Assembly: GCA_964431025.1 (NCBI GenBank)
Contig: CAYSIB010000001.1
Span: 9,457-73,456 of the forward strand
Source: an uncultured Candidatus Saccharibacteria bacterium
GTDB taxonomy: Bacteria > Patescibacteriota > Saccharimonadia > Saccharimonadales > Saccharimonadaceae
Direction of reading: 5' to 3'
Length of the DNA: 64,000 nucleotides
Below the pieces are notes generated by a model. The model saw only the letters and a program-made list of their open reading frames with translations. It did not search any database and was not told the DNA's origin. Below are positions 45,550 to 55,263 of this stretch, in pieces; within the stretch, counting starts at the first letter, position 1; every line of letters starts with the position of its first letter. A program made the translations under genes and the position numbers.

Positions 45550-47277
45550 TTATTCTCCTGCTTTTATTTTTAGATAATTAATCATATAATCATTCATTTC
45601 ATTAAAGATCGGCATGGCGTCTTTTTCGCCTTCCATCTTTAGCCCCTCTCCCCATATTTTAACCATAATTACGTATTCTGGCAACTCCCCTTCCGCCCCA
45701 CCAAATCCAACATAGTTACCAATTGTCTCGTCAAACGTATAAGCTCCGTCTTTAATTCCCTGGCTCGTACCAGTCTTTCCGCCAATATAATATCCCGCTC
45801 TATCTTCTCCTCTTAGTCTATTACCGACCCTCACTCCATAGAGCATCTCCCGCATCGTTGCAGAAGTCTCCTTGGAAATAACTTGCCTCACCGGTTCTGG
45901 AGAATCTTGGTATTTAAATTCCCCACTTTCCGTCACCTCACCCGCCACAATCGTCGGTTTATAATAATCTCCGCCATTTATCACAGAAGAAAACGCCGCC
46001 GCAATTTGCATCATTGTCACATTTAGACCCTGACCAAACGTCATGTTGGCATAGCGCGAATTATAAGCATCTTCGTCATCTGGCTTTGTCACATAGCCCG
46101 GCGACTCAAATAATTCAATTCCCGTGTACTGTCCTAACCCAAATCTATCGTGATAGTATTCATACAACAATTCCTTACCACGTTGCGTGATCCGGCTCGA
46201 ATCTCCGCCAAGCAGCATCAATGCCGTCATCGAACTAGTATTAAGAGAATAGTTTAGACCCGTCTGCATCGTAATCGTACCAAGCTGTCCCTTGTACGCA
46301 TTAGAAATTGTCCAGTTGTCAATTATCAGATATCCTGCGTTATTATACGTTGTCTCCGGCGTCATCTTTCCCTGATCAATCGCCGCCGCAAAAGAAAATG
46401 TCTTGCACATTGATCCAGGCTCATACGCCGACTCTAGTGGCACATTCACAAACACCGACGCATCTTCCACCTCTGCGTAATTTGTTGCATCATATGTTGG
46501 CAAATTCGCCATCGCCCAAACTTCACCATTATTTGGATCCATCACAATCCCTGCCGCATGTGTCGTTCCGGACCTTTCTATGCCGTTTTGCAGTACTTTC
46601 TCCAACTGATATTGGACATTTTTATCAATCGATAGCACTACGTTTTTTCCATTTTTGGCTGGCACCCGCACGTTATCATTTCCGATACTAAGCGCTACAT
46701 TATTCACATCCGTCACAGTCTTTAGTACACCGTCTTCGCCAGCCAGCTCCTCGTCAAGCGCCCCTTCCACGCCATATTGCCCCTCGCCATCCGCATTCAC
46801 GAATCCAAGCAGTGACGAAGCCATCTGCCCTTCCGCATAGACCCGAGCGTTATTCTTGCTATACCACACTCCAGCTAGTTCAGCCTCTTTAATTTTTTGC
46901 ACCGCATCGCGCTTTACGCCCTTTGCTACAACATAATACCGTCTAGTTTTATCCGCAAATACATCTTTCCAATCTGCTACTTTTTTATCTTTTGCTACTG
47001 CATCAATCGTTTCAGAAACTTTCTTCTCATCCGCCACCATCGGATCTACTACCACCGTCCACACCGTCTCATTCATCACCGCGATACTTGGTTCATCCCC
47101 ATCCATCATATAAATTTCACCGCGCGTTGCCTTGATTTTACTCTGTACGATGTGTTCTTCTTCAGCCCGCGCTACCCAAGAATCGTGTTCTATTATCTGT
47201 ATCACAAAAAGCCGCGCCAAAATTACGGTCACGGCTATCATTAGTCCGATCCTCAAAAATTTAGCGCGTTTATTCAT
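45550..47277 (-). CDS. ftsI: Class B penicillin-binding protein
   Basis: RGEIY, EPGSMCK, SLN, GKTGTSQ. Confidence 0.88.
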   Translation of the reverse strand: MNKRAKFLRIGLMIAVTVILARLFVIQIIEHDSWVARAEEEHIVQSKIKATRGEIYMMDGDEPSIAVMNETVWTVVVDPMVADEKKVSETIDAVAKDKKVADWKDVFADKTRRYYVVAKGVKRDAVQKIKEAELAGVWYSKNNARVYAEGQMASSLLGFVNADGEGQYGVEGALDEELAGEDGVLKTVTDVNNVALSIGNDNVRVPAKNGKNVVLSIDKNVQYQLEKVLQNGIERSGTTHAAGIVMDPNNGEVWAMANLPTYDATNYAEVEDASVFVNVPLESAYEPGSMCKTFSFAAAIDQGKMTPETTYNNAGYLIIDNWTISNAYKGQLGTITMQTGLNYSLNTSSMTALMLLGGDSSRITQRGKELLYEYYHDRFGLGQYTGIELFESPGYVTKPDDEDAYNSRYANMTFGQGLNVTMMQIAAAFSSVINGGDYYKPTIVAGEVTESGEFKYQDSPEPVRQVISKETSATMREMLYGVRVGNRLRGEDRAGYYIGGKTGTSQGIKDGAYTFDETIGNYVGFGGAEGELPEYVIMVKIWGEGLKMEGEKDAMPIFNEMNDYMINYLKIKAGE

Positions 47278-47293
47278 TCTCTAATTATAACAT

Positions 47294-47683
47294 TTAATTG
47301 CTGGCATAACCAGAAGCGTTTCCGTCCTGCATCCTTGCTGCAACTTGTGAATTTTCACTTGCAGCGATTGATGTCAGTCTCGCTCGCTCCACTGCCAAAT
47401 CTTCTTTTTTGGCCTGCAAATCAGAAATCTCATCCTCAATACTAGAAAGTTCATAATCATACCCAGTAGCCTTCACACCCTGAGTAGCATAAATCAGACC
47501 CACGATCAGGACCATCAAGCCAAAAATTGCTGTCAGACTGAGATTCCCCAGCTTCTTGCCAGAATGTCTCACCGTATTCTGATTACGCGACCAAGAATTC
47601 GTCACCACTCCTCGCCTCGTTACGTATTCGTTTCGCATTCTTTCCTTTCGTGTTTCCTTTTTATTTTTTTCGTACAAAATCAT
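47294..47683 (-). CDS. FtsL-like TM + coiled-coil protein
   Basis: Single TM then coiled coil; located between rsmH and ftsI. Confidence 0.65.
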   Translation of the reverse strand: MILYEKNKKETRKERMRNEYVTRRGVVTNSWSRNQNTVRHSGKKLGNLSLTAIFGLMVLIVGLIYATQGVKATGYDYELSSIEDEISDLQAKKEDLAVERARLTSIAASENSQVAARMQDGNASGYASN

Positions 47684-47865
47684 TAGTCTCCCAAGATTTC
47701 CCTTGTTCGACTCACATAGACTAGAGCGGCCACCGCATGCAGAGCTATAAGTGTATACGGCTCCGCTCTAGGAAGGTCATATATTATTTATAAACACCAA
47801 CCCAGGATTCTCCACAACCTGGGACGGAGGTTTCCCTCCATATAAGCCCCGAAGGGCTATAAAAT

Positions 47866-47931
47866 CTAGCGGAAGTTGACTTTGATCTTCTGTGCGCGAG
47901 ATTTGTTCATTACAGTGATTTGACGTGGCAT
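47866..47931 (-). CDS. 21-aa small ORF MPRQITVMNKSRAQKIKVNFR
   Basis: SD aaggagg 5 nt upstream, followed by hairpin tatagccc-ttcg-gggcttata. Confidence 0.35.
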   Translation of the reverse strand: MPRQITVMNKSRAQKIKVNFR

Positions 47932-47976
47932 ATTTGCCTCCTTTTTATTTGTTGTTTTTATTTTTAACAACCACGT

Positions 47977-48843
47977 CTATCGGCGCTTCATTGCGGCGCG
48001 CAATTTCGCGGAGCGAGAACGTGGGTTGTTAACTAACTCCAATTTCTCCGCAGTGATTGGTTTTTTGTTAATTAATTTAAATTCCGACTCTTCACCAAGA
48101 TGTGACTCTTTTGCAAAGTATTCTTTCACCAACCTATCTTCTAGACTGTGAAAAGTAATAATCGCTACTCTGCCCTTTGGATTTAAAAGTTTCGGAATCA
48201 GTGGTAACGTCTTTTCAATAAGAGAAAGTTCATCATTCACTACAATTCGAATCGCCTGAAAAACTTGTGCTCGTTTTTCACGCGAAATTAAATCCGCTAG
48301 CTCCTTAGTAGTTGCAAACTTCTTTTCTTTCCTTGCAGAAATTATTAGGCTTGCTACTTTTCTTGCCGAACCAGGACTTAACTCTCCATATCGTTCAAAA
48401 ATATCTGCTAGTTCACGATCCGAATAAGTGTTTACAATTGTCGAAGCCGTTAGCTCCTGGCTCTTATCCATACGCATATCTAGCGGACCATCAGACGAAA
48501 AAGAGAATCCCCGTTCAGCTATGTCTAGTTGCGGAGAAGACACCCCAAAATCAGCAAGTATCAAATCAAAAGTTTTTCCACACTGTAAAAGTTGTAACGC
48601 TGCATCATAAAAGTCCATATGCAAAATTTCTACCGATTCACTTGCGTACTTCTCGGACAAAATTTTCACCGCATAGTCGTCGCGATCAACTAAGGTCGCG
48701 TTTTTATAATTCTGCGTCACATCCAAAATTGCGCTCGCGTGACCCGCATATCCGGCCGTGAGATCTAGATAGCTCTCACCAGGATTCGGTGCCAACACTT
48801 GCAAAACTTCTGATAATAACACTGGTTTGTGGTGTTCTTCCAT
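47977..48843 (-). CDS. rsmH: 16S rRNA m4C1402 methyltransferase
   Basis: HKPVLL, DLTAGYAGH, DFGVSSPQLD, PLDMRMD, FHSLEDR, NPRSRSAKLR. Confidence 0.96.
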   Translation of the reverse strand: MEEHHKPVLLSEVLQVLAPNPGESYLDLTAGYAGHASAILDVTQNYKNATLVDRDDYAVKILSEKYASESVEILHMDFYDAALQLLQCGKTFDLILADFGVSSPQLDIAERGFSFSSDGPLDMRMDKSQELTASTIVNTYSDRELADIFERYGELSPGSARKVASLIISARKEKKFATTKELADLISREKRAQVFQAIRIVVNDELSLIEKTLPLIPKLLNPKGRVAIITFHSLEDRLVKEYFAKESHLGEESEFKLINKKPITAEKLELVNNPRSRSAKLRAAMKRR

Positions 48844-49424
48844 ACATATATTTTAACATATATGCATAGCGACGTTTGAGATCGCCCAACTAGAAATTTT
48901 CGCGTGTTTGTTTTTGTATAGTTTTTGTTAGAACACACTTAAATTTTCACCACGGACAGAGTCCGTAGTCGTTGAGAGACTTAATGTGTGATTGGTTGTT
49001 TATTAGAGTTAATTGGGAGGTGTTTATTTAGATGTACCCATGGTTTTGATTTCGCGTATCCTAAACGCGCGCCAAAACTCCTAGTTGGCCAATCTCAAAC
49101 TTTTTTAATGTACTTTTTTATTTGGTGGTTTTTATTTTATGTATTCCACTTGTCCTTAGTTTAACCAACTATTTTCAAAAAATCAAGACCTTTTTTGGCC
49201 AATTTTTGCCCTTTTTTGTTTTCCACCGCCCCTGTGGAAAACAGTTCCTTGACTTCACACCCACCTGTGTTATAACTACCGTACATTTCCGGAAAATTCC
49301 AAGTCCAGTTTTGTTCGGTTTTTACGCCTTGACAAATCCAAGCGTTTATTTCAATTAATTTTATTCTTCAACTCCCTTTTGTGCTATAATTAGGGGCAGT
49401 TACAGCTAACAAAAAAGGAGTTTT

Positions 49425-49955
49425 ATGGCTGATTTTAATAAAATTTTAGATGCCGGAGATTACAAGAATGGCGAAATCAACGTCGTCGTAGAGATTCCTA
49501 CCGGCTCAAACCACAAGATTGAATGGGATAGAAAAAACGCCTGCTTCATGCTTGACCGCGTCGAACCTATGGCCTTTGCCAAACCTTGCAACTATGGCTT
49601 CATCCCTCAGACTATCGACGAGGACGGCGACGAGCTAGACGCTCTTATCATCACCGACCAACCTCTTACTACTGGTATTTATATGACCGCCAAAGTTCTC
49701 GGTGTCATGAAATTCGTTGATGACGGCGAGGTCGACGACAAGATTATCTGTGTCCCTGCCGACGATCGTAATAATGGCGACGCTTACAACACCCTAGAAG
49801 ACCTTCCAAAGCGCCTGATTGAACAAATCGAGTTCCACTTCAACCACTACAAGGATTTGAAGAAGCCAGGCACCACCAAGGTAGAAAAATTCGGAGATAC
49901 AGAAGAAGCTAAGCAGGTCATCGCCGACGCTATTAAGCGCTGGAACGACCAGTAA
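49425..49955 (+). CDS. ppa: Family I inorganic pyrophosphatase
   Basis: EIPTG, NYGFIPQT, DGDELD, DDGEVDDK. Confidence 0.95.
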   Translation: MADFNKILDAGDYKNGEINVVVEIPTGSNHKIEWDRKNACFMLDRVEPMAFAKPCNYGFIPQTIDEDGDELDALIITDQPLTTGIYMTAKVLGVMKFVDDGEVDDKIICVPADDRNNGDAYNTLEDLPKRLIEQIEFHFNHYKDLKKPGTTKVEKFGDTEEAKQVIADAIKRWNDQ

Positions 49956-49972
49956 TTAAACTCCAATTTTTA

Positions 49973-50005
49973 AGTCAAGGCTCACCTAAGAACCTTGACT
50001 TTTTT
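49973..50005 (+). terminator. Intrinsic terminator after ppa
   Basis: aagtcaagg...ccttgactt followed by T-run. Confidence 0.65.
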
Positions 50006-50061
50006 GATGTAAAATGATATAATCTACCTGGGTTATTTGTTCTTTAAAAGGAGGTGTTCTT

Positions 50062-51114
50062 TTGGTTCTTACAATAACAAGAATCGTAATACTACTTTTT
50101 ATCTCAACTATCATGATGCTACTAGCTGCTCATTCTACTACGGCTAAAGCCCGTATTAAGCGTACCAGTTTCGTCTACGCGTTAGTTGCAGGCTTTCTCA
50201 TTACATCTGATGGTAAGTTAATACTTGGAGTAATCGAAGCTGCTATTTTTCTGGTAATAACAGTCTTCTCTGCCATTTCTTGTCTTTATGCTTACGCTGA
50301 TATAGAAATTCAGCAGAAAAAATCAGCCGATAAAGAATTAGCCAACGAAGAATGTACCGCGCTCGTCGTAGTACCGCTCAAAAAGACTGAGGCTGAAGTT
50401 ACTCAGGAGACAGTTAATATGATGGTTAACCTAGCTTTTGCCATTATTTGTGCTTGTTTGGCAGCGCTAATGGTCATTCGACCAACTCTACTTTTTCCGT
50501 TCTACGGAAAAAATCCAGTTCTCTTCATCATATCGCTTACTATTATAATAATTAACTTTTTGATCGCCTCAGCCTGCGGCAGCACATCAACTCGCGCCGC
50601 AGAAAATATGGACTCTTCTGACGGGGAAGCCATTTTTCTCATAGTAATAATAGCTCTGGTCATCTACGGCGTCATTCAGTTATTTGCATTCTTTGCCTAT
50701 GACTCCGCTAATGACAAGGCGAAAGAAGCCGCTACCATGAACGGAATCCCGCGATCATATGGTAAAATGTTACCATTAAACGAACTCTACCATCTTGAGC
50801 TTCCTAGTTACATGGCGCACGACTGGCCGGAGATTAACAGCAAGCTGGATGACGGAATCTACCTCATAGAAGATACTTATGCTAGATCTTCCGGCAACAA
50901 TTACTATTGCAATCTCTATGGTCTTGATTCCTACTTAATTAAAGACAATCTAGACGATTGCGAGGTAGTTATCCACCTCTTAGAAGAAGACGATGAGACG
51001 ACACCCTATATGGATATCTACGACAGCTACTATATCAACCCAAGAGGCGAAGAAGATATCGCCAGTACATTATATTCAATTTATATTAAAAAAGAACAAA
51101 TCCTAACCTACTAA
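50062..51114 (+). CDS. Hypothetical multi-pass membrane protein
   Basis: Several TMs plus acidic C-terminal domain; TTG start with SD aaggaggt. Confidence 0.68.
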   Translation: MVLTITRIVILLFISTIMMLLAAHSTTAKARIKRTSFVYALVAGFLITSDGKLILGVIEAAIFLVITVFSAISCLYAYADIEIQQKKSADKELANEECTALVVVPLKKTEAEVTQETVNMMVNLAFAIICACLAALMVIRPTLLFPFYGKNPVLFIISLTIIIINFLIASACGSTSTRAAENMDSSDGEAIFLIVIIALVIYGVIQLFAFFAYDSANDKAKEAATMNGIPRSYGKMLPLNELYHLELPSYMAHDWPEINSKLDDGIYLIEDTYARSSGNNYYCNLYGLDSYLIKDNLDDCEVVIHLLEEDDETTPYMDIYDSYYINPRGEEDIASTLYSIYIKKEQILTY

Positions 51115-51115
51115 A

Positions 51116-51144
51116 AATCCCCGGCTTAAGGCCGGGGCTTTTTC
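51116..51144. terminator. Bidirectional terminator
   Basis: aaaaatccccggc-ttaag-gccggggctttt between convergent genes. Confidence 0.7.
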
Positions 51145-51159
51145 ATGCAACTTGACTAG

Positions 51160-52482
51160 CTACAACTCTTCTGGTTTCATGCGTACCTGCGTTGCCGTAT
51201 CCCTATCACGCATCGTCACCGTGCCGTCTTCTAGTGTGTCAAAATCAATTACTACGCATTTTGGCGTGCCAATCTCATCCTGCTTACGATAGCGTTTGCC
51301 GATGTTTCCAGAATCATCCCAAGTTACATTACCGTATTTCTCACGGAGCATAGCGTAAACATCCTTGGCTTTTGTCACCAATTCTTCCTTGTTTTTGAGT
51401 AGTGGTGATACACAAAATCTACACGGAGCAAGTCCTTCAGGCAGTCTCAAAACCGTGCGCTTGCTTCCGCCTACTTCATCTTCTGCATAGGCGCAAGTTA
51501 GAACGGCGAGGATTAATCTCTCTACCCCGATTGATGGTTCAATCACGTGCGGCACAAATGTTTCCCCTGTTACCTTGTCACGATATTCCATATTTTTACC
51601 GCTCTCACGTGCAATATTGTCTAGATCAAAGCTCCCGCGATAAGCAATCCCCATCAACTCTTCCTTACCGTTTGGATAATCGAACTCGATATCCACCGTT
51701 CGCTTCGAATAGTGCGCTCTATCTTCTGCTGGTACTTCATATTCGTGAATAAAATCTTTGTTCAACCCAATCACACTCTCTAAGAATTCGTGTTGTAGTC
51801 CAAGCATTTTCTCAAAAGCATCTTCCCACTTATCCGGATGCACAAAATACTCAATTTCCATCTGAGAACATTCGCGGTCTCTCAAGATGAAGTCACGTGG
51901 ACTAATCTCATTTCTAAAAGCTTTTCCCTGTTGTGCAATTCCAAACGGCACATCCGGATAAATCGTATCAACTACGTTCTTATAATTCGTAAAAATACCC
52001 TGCGCCGTTTCTGGACGAAGATAAGCAATCGAGGAGTCGTCATCCACTGGCCCTACGTGCGTCGTAAACATCATATTAAACTGACGAATCTCACCCCAAT
52101 CCGTCTTCCCACAAGTTGGACATTTTACATTCAGCGCCTTGAATTCTTCCGTCGTGACACTCTCGCTGATTCCGTCTGCAATTTTATCCGCGCGGAATCT
52201 ACCATGACAAGCCTTACATTCTACTAGTGGATCAGAAAAGGTCGCCGTATGCCCCGATGCCACCCAAGTTCTTGGATTCATAATAATCGCTGCATCCACC
52301 CCAAAAATATCTTCGCGCTTCTCAACAAAATAGTCCCACCAAAGGTCCATAATTTTCTTTTTCAGTGCCACGCCTAAAGGACCAAAATCCCACGTTCCAG
52401 CCATTCCGCCGTACACGTCGCTTCCCTGAAAAATAAATCCCCTGCGTTTACATAGACTAACAATATCTTCTATTTTGCTCAT
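51160..52482 (-). CDS. glyQS: Glycine--tRNA ligase, homodimeric (alpha2) type
   Basis: LCKRRGF, YLRPETAQG, FRNEISPR, VIEPSIG, SGNIGKRYRKQDEIGTP. Confidence 0.95.
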   Translation of the reverse strand: MSKIEDIVSLCKRRGFIFQGSDVYGGMAGTWDFGPLGVALKKKIMDLWWDYFVEKREDIFGVDAAIIMNPRTWVASGHTATFSDPLVECKACHGRFRADKIADGISESVTTEEFKALNVKCPTCGKTDWGEIRQFNMMFTTHVGPVDDDSSIAYLRPETAQGIFTNYKNVVDTIYPDVPFGIAQQGKAFRNEISPRDFILRDRECSQMEIEYFVHPDKWEDAFEKMLGLQHEFLESVIGLNKDFIHEYEVPAEDRAHYSKRTVDIEFDYPNGKEELMGIAYRGSFDLDNIARESGKNMEYRDKVTGETFVPHVIEPSIGVERLILAVLTCAYAEDEVGGSKRTVLRLPEGLAPCRFCVSPLLKNKEELVTKAKDVYAMLREKYGNVTWDDSGNIGKRYRKQDEIGTPKCVVIDFDTLEDGTVTMRDRDTATQVRMKPEEL

Positions 52483-52499
52483 AGAGATATTATATCATA

Positions 52500-53171
52500 T
52501 TAGAGCTGATTTAGCGTCTTTGCGATGTAGAGTAGCTCCGGCATCATTTCTTCAGCACCCCTCACTTTTAACACTAAATTTAGTTTTGCCGCCAGCATCA
52601 GTCTTAACATTTTTATTTCATTACCAGAAATTTTCCCGTTTTTATCTTTTCTCATCGCCCCTTCCGTATAATCCCAAACATACTGCTCATCTTCTTTTAA
52701 TGCTTCTCCGCTGGAATCAAAGTGCAGATTCATCTCCCCGCCACTAGCTTTCATAATATTCAGATAAAACCACGCAAGTACCGTCTCCGTATCTGCCCCG
52801 TTATTTAGCGTCTCTAAACACTGTCTAGTAATTTCAAAATACTCCTCATTATCAACCAACTCCGACACCTTCATTGTGCGTTTTATTATTTCCGAAGCTA
52901 CTTCGAGTCTTGCAAAATCTTTTAGCAAATTACTATAGAATTTCTTACATTTTGCACCCGTCACAACCAAGAGCTCGCCTCTTCCCTCGTGTAAATTTAG
53001 TTCTGTCAAAGAAAATGGCTCTACCGCGCCAGCAAGTTTTGACTTTTCTTTCCTGACGCCTTTAGCTAGCGCCGACTTTTTTCCAAGAGGTGTAATAATG
53101 GCCAAAATCCTGTCCGTCTCGCCATAATTCGTACGCTTTAAAACAATCGCTTCCGTTTTTAGCTCTCTCAT
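52500..53171 (-). CDS. recO: DNA repair protein RecO
   Basis: AIVLKRTNYGETDRI, AKGVRK. Confidence 0.9.
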   Translation of the reverse strand: MRELKTEAIVLKRTNYGETDRILAIITPLGKKSALAKGVRKEKSKLAGAVEPFSLTELNLHEGRGELLVVTGAKCKKFYSNLLKDFARLEVASEIIKRTMKVSELVDNEEYFEITRQCLETLNNGADTETVLAWFYLNIMKASGGEMNLHFDSSGEALKEDEQYVWDYTEGAMRKDKNGKISGNEIKMLRLMLAAKLNLVLKVRGAEEMMPELLYIAKTLNQL

Positions 53172-53537
53172 TTAGACATCCTCCCCTGTGTACTTTTCTA
53201 CGATTTCTCTCAAATCCATCGGCGTCATTTCCGCCTTATCAAGCACTCCCACCACGCCATAGTTTTTCAGCTTCTTCGCATTCAGTTTCAAAGACGACAT
53301 CACCACCACTGGAATTTTCTCCGTATCAGAATACGACATCAGCTCATTCAAAAATGTAAATCCATCCGGCCCATCTAGCAAAATATCTAGCAAAATTAAT
53401 TTTGGCACTTCCTCGTCTATTGCCGAAATTGCCTCAATCCCATTACTAAAAATCTCTACTTTTTCGTCACAAAATGCTCGCACTTGTCGCGCTATACATT
53501 CAGCAAATTCTCTATCGTCATCCACTATAAAAATCAT
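53172..53537 (-). CDS. Single-domain response regulator
   Basis: IVDDD, LLDILLD, VMSS, K motif. Confidence 0.88.
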   Translation of the reverse strand: MIFIVDDDREFAECIARQVRAFCDEKVEIFSNGIEAISAIDEEVPKLILLDILLDGPDGFTFLNELMSYSDTEKIPVVVMSSLKLNAKKLKNYGVVGVLDKAEMTPMDLREIVEKYTGEDV

Positions 53538-54223
53538 CAGAATAAGCTCATCTGCCGAGACGGCATTAATTCTACAAAAAAGCTCGTCCCATCCCTATGC
53601 CTAACCGCTCCCACTTCTGCATTCATATACTGCGAAAATTTTGAAGCAATATAAAGTCCTAATCCTGAGCTTCCCGGCCGCATCGCGATACTAGTTGGCT
53701 TCTCCACCCAACCTTTTTTTAGTGTGCGCCATACGTCCATCGGCAGTGCCGGTCCAAAATCCCGCACGTCCAGCCTTACCTTTCCATCTCTATCAGAAAG
53801 CGTCAATTCACTCCTTGTCTCTTCGTCCGAATAATGCATCGCATTCAGACAAAAATTATAGACAATGCTATAAAGCAGTTCCCTATTTGCCGAAACTAAC
53901 CTCGTCTTATTCCGGTAATTAATCTCAAGGTTCCGATGATTAAATCTGAACAAGGTTCTGAGTTCTTCCGTCACGTCATCACACACCGCCCTCACCGCTA
54001 CCGGCTCCATTTCAAACAGCCCATCATCTAGCCGTGCAATTTTTGTCAAATCTTGCACCTGTCTCAGTGCTCTATCCGACACATTAATCATCTTACTTTG
54101 GATATCTTTAATATCATTCTCGTCTTCAGCAAAATCGAGTGAAAAAGCTAACTGTCTTAGCAGATTGATCGGCGCTTTTAGCTCATGCGCCGCCACCAAA
54201 ATACCATTAACCTCACTCTCCAT
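53537..54223 (-). CDS. Histidine kinase lacking a sensor domain
   Basis: AHELKAP H-box, NFCLNA, DFGP, SGLGLY. Confidence 0.85.
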   Translation of the reverse strand: MESEVNGILVAAHELKAPINLLRQLAFSLDFAEDENDIKDIQSKMINVSDRALRQVQDLTKIARLDDGLFEMEPVAVRAVCDDVTEELRTLFRFNHRNLEINYRNKTRLVSANRELLYSIVYNFCLNAMHYSDEETRSELTLSDRDGKVRLDVRDFGPALPMDVWRTLKKGWVEKPTSIAMRPGSSGLGLYIASKFSQYMNAEVGAVRHRDGTSFFVELMPSRQMSLF

Positions 54224-54262
54224 ACCCCCATTCTAACACACCGAAGTTAAATTCCCGTGATT

Positions 54263-55039
54263 TTACTGGTTAAATTGTACGGAATCAAGAATCTTATAGT
54301 AATCATCAGAAAATAGCATTGCATCCGTTTGGATTATCGCGGTCTTATCGCGAATCTTAAACACTGCCGCAATTCCTTGAAAATCATTAGTATCAGGCAG
54401 TTGACCAGTGTAGACGTTAGCATTCTCGCCACCTATCGGCCTTACCGCCACAGTCATTTTACCTTCCTTGGTCAAGTTGTCATATTCTTGAATCACCGTA
54501 TCATACGACTGATTCTTGATATAAACTCTTAGAGAGTCAATCGTATCTGAACCCACTTGATACACTCTGTCTGGATTAAAATACGCTTCAAAATCACCGC
54601 CTTCCGTAGCACTCTTAGCTTCATAAACACTCCAAGTCTTTGGATATTGCAAGGTCAACTCACCATAATCCGCCGGGCCAGTAAAAATCCGGTATGGCAT
54701 CTTCTCGCGCTCGGTAAATTGATCTTCCAATTCCTCGGCCTTCTCATTTACCGCCTCAGCCACTGCGGTATTAATCTTGCTATCTACGTCTTCCTGTGCC
54801 GTACTCCACTGTGAATACATCCAAATAAACAGTCCAATAAACGTCACCGCCACTAGCCCGCCAACAATAGCAAGCACCATGAATATCGTGGTCTTGGTCT
54901 CATTTTTTACCGCCGCTGTCGGCACAAGCCTAGCCGTAGGCGTAGGGTTCGTCTGCATCGTAGGAGCAGGCTGCTGCCCTGCAGGAGGCGTAGAATAAAC
55001 TGGTTGTTGACCAAAAGGTTGATAAGGCTGATTATCCAT
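54263..55039 (-). CDS. Hypothetical bitopic membrane protein (Pro/Gln-rich N-terminus)
   Basis: Single TM; extracellular domain with LQYPKTWSVY. Confidence 0.72.
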   Translation of the reverse strand: MDNQPYQPFGQQPVYSTPPAGQQPAPTMQTNPTPTARLVPTAAVKNETKTTIFMVLAIVGGLVAVTFIGLFIWMYSQWSTAQEDVDSKINTAVAEAVNEKAEELEDQFTEREKMPYRIFTGPADYGELTLQYPKTWSVYEAKSATEGGDFEAYFNPDRVYQVGSDTIDSLRVYIKNQSYDTVIQEYDNLTKEGKMTVAVRPIGGENANVYTGQLPDTNDFQGIAAVFKIRDKTAIIQTDAMLFSDDYYKILDSVQFNQ

Positions 55040-55057
55040 GCCCTTATTATATCGCGG

Positions 55058-55261
55058 TTACGCTTCTTTTGTAAAGTCTTGTTCGATTACTTCAATCTTA
55101 TTTTTAAGCTCGGCAAGATCTTTTTCAATCTCCTTGGCAAGTTTCGTTGCAGCTTTATATTTTTCTGCCGCCTCATCTAACTTAAAATCGTCCGAATAAA
55201 ACCAGCTCGTCGCCTCGTCCAACTCTTTAATTTTTTCCGAAATCGTCTTTTCTTTTGCCAT
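55058..55261 (-). CDS. xseB: Exodeoxyribonuclease VII small subunit
   Basis: 67-aa helical hairpin directly after xseA. Confidence 0.82.
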   Translation of the reverse strand: MAKEKTISEKIKELDEATSWFYSDDFKLDEAAEKYKAATKLAKEIEKDLAELKNKIEVIEQDFTKEA

Positions 55262-55263
55262 TT

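Noticed and set aside
48845-49420. Replication origin or MraZ-box region
   Set aside because: Only one near-match to a DnaA box (tgtggaaaa) and no convincing spaced repeats; dnaA is not in the window.
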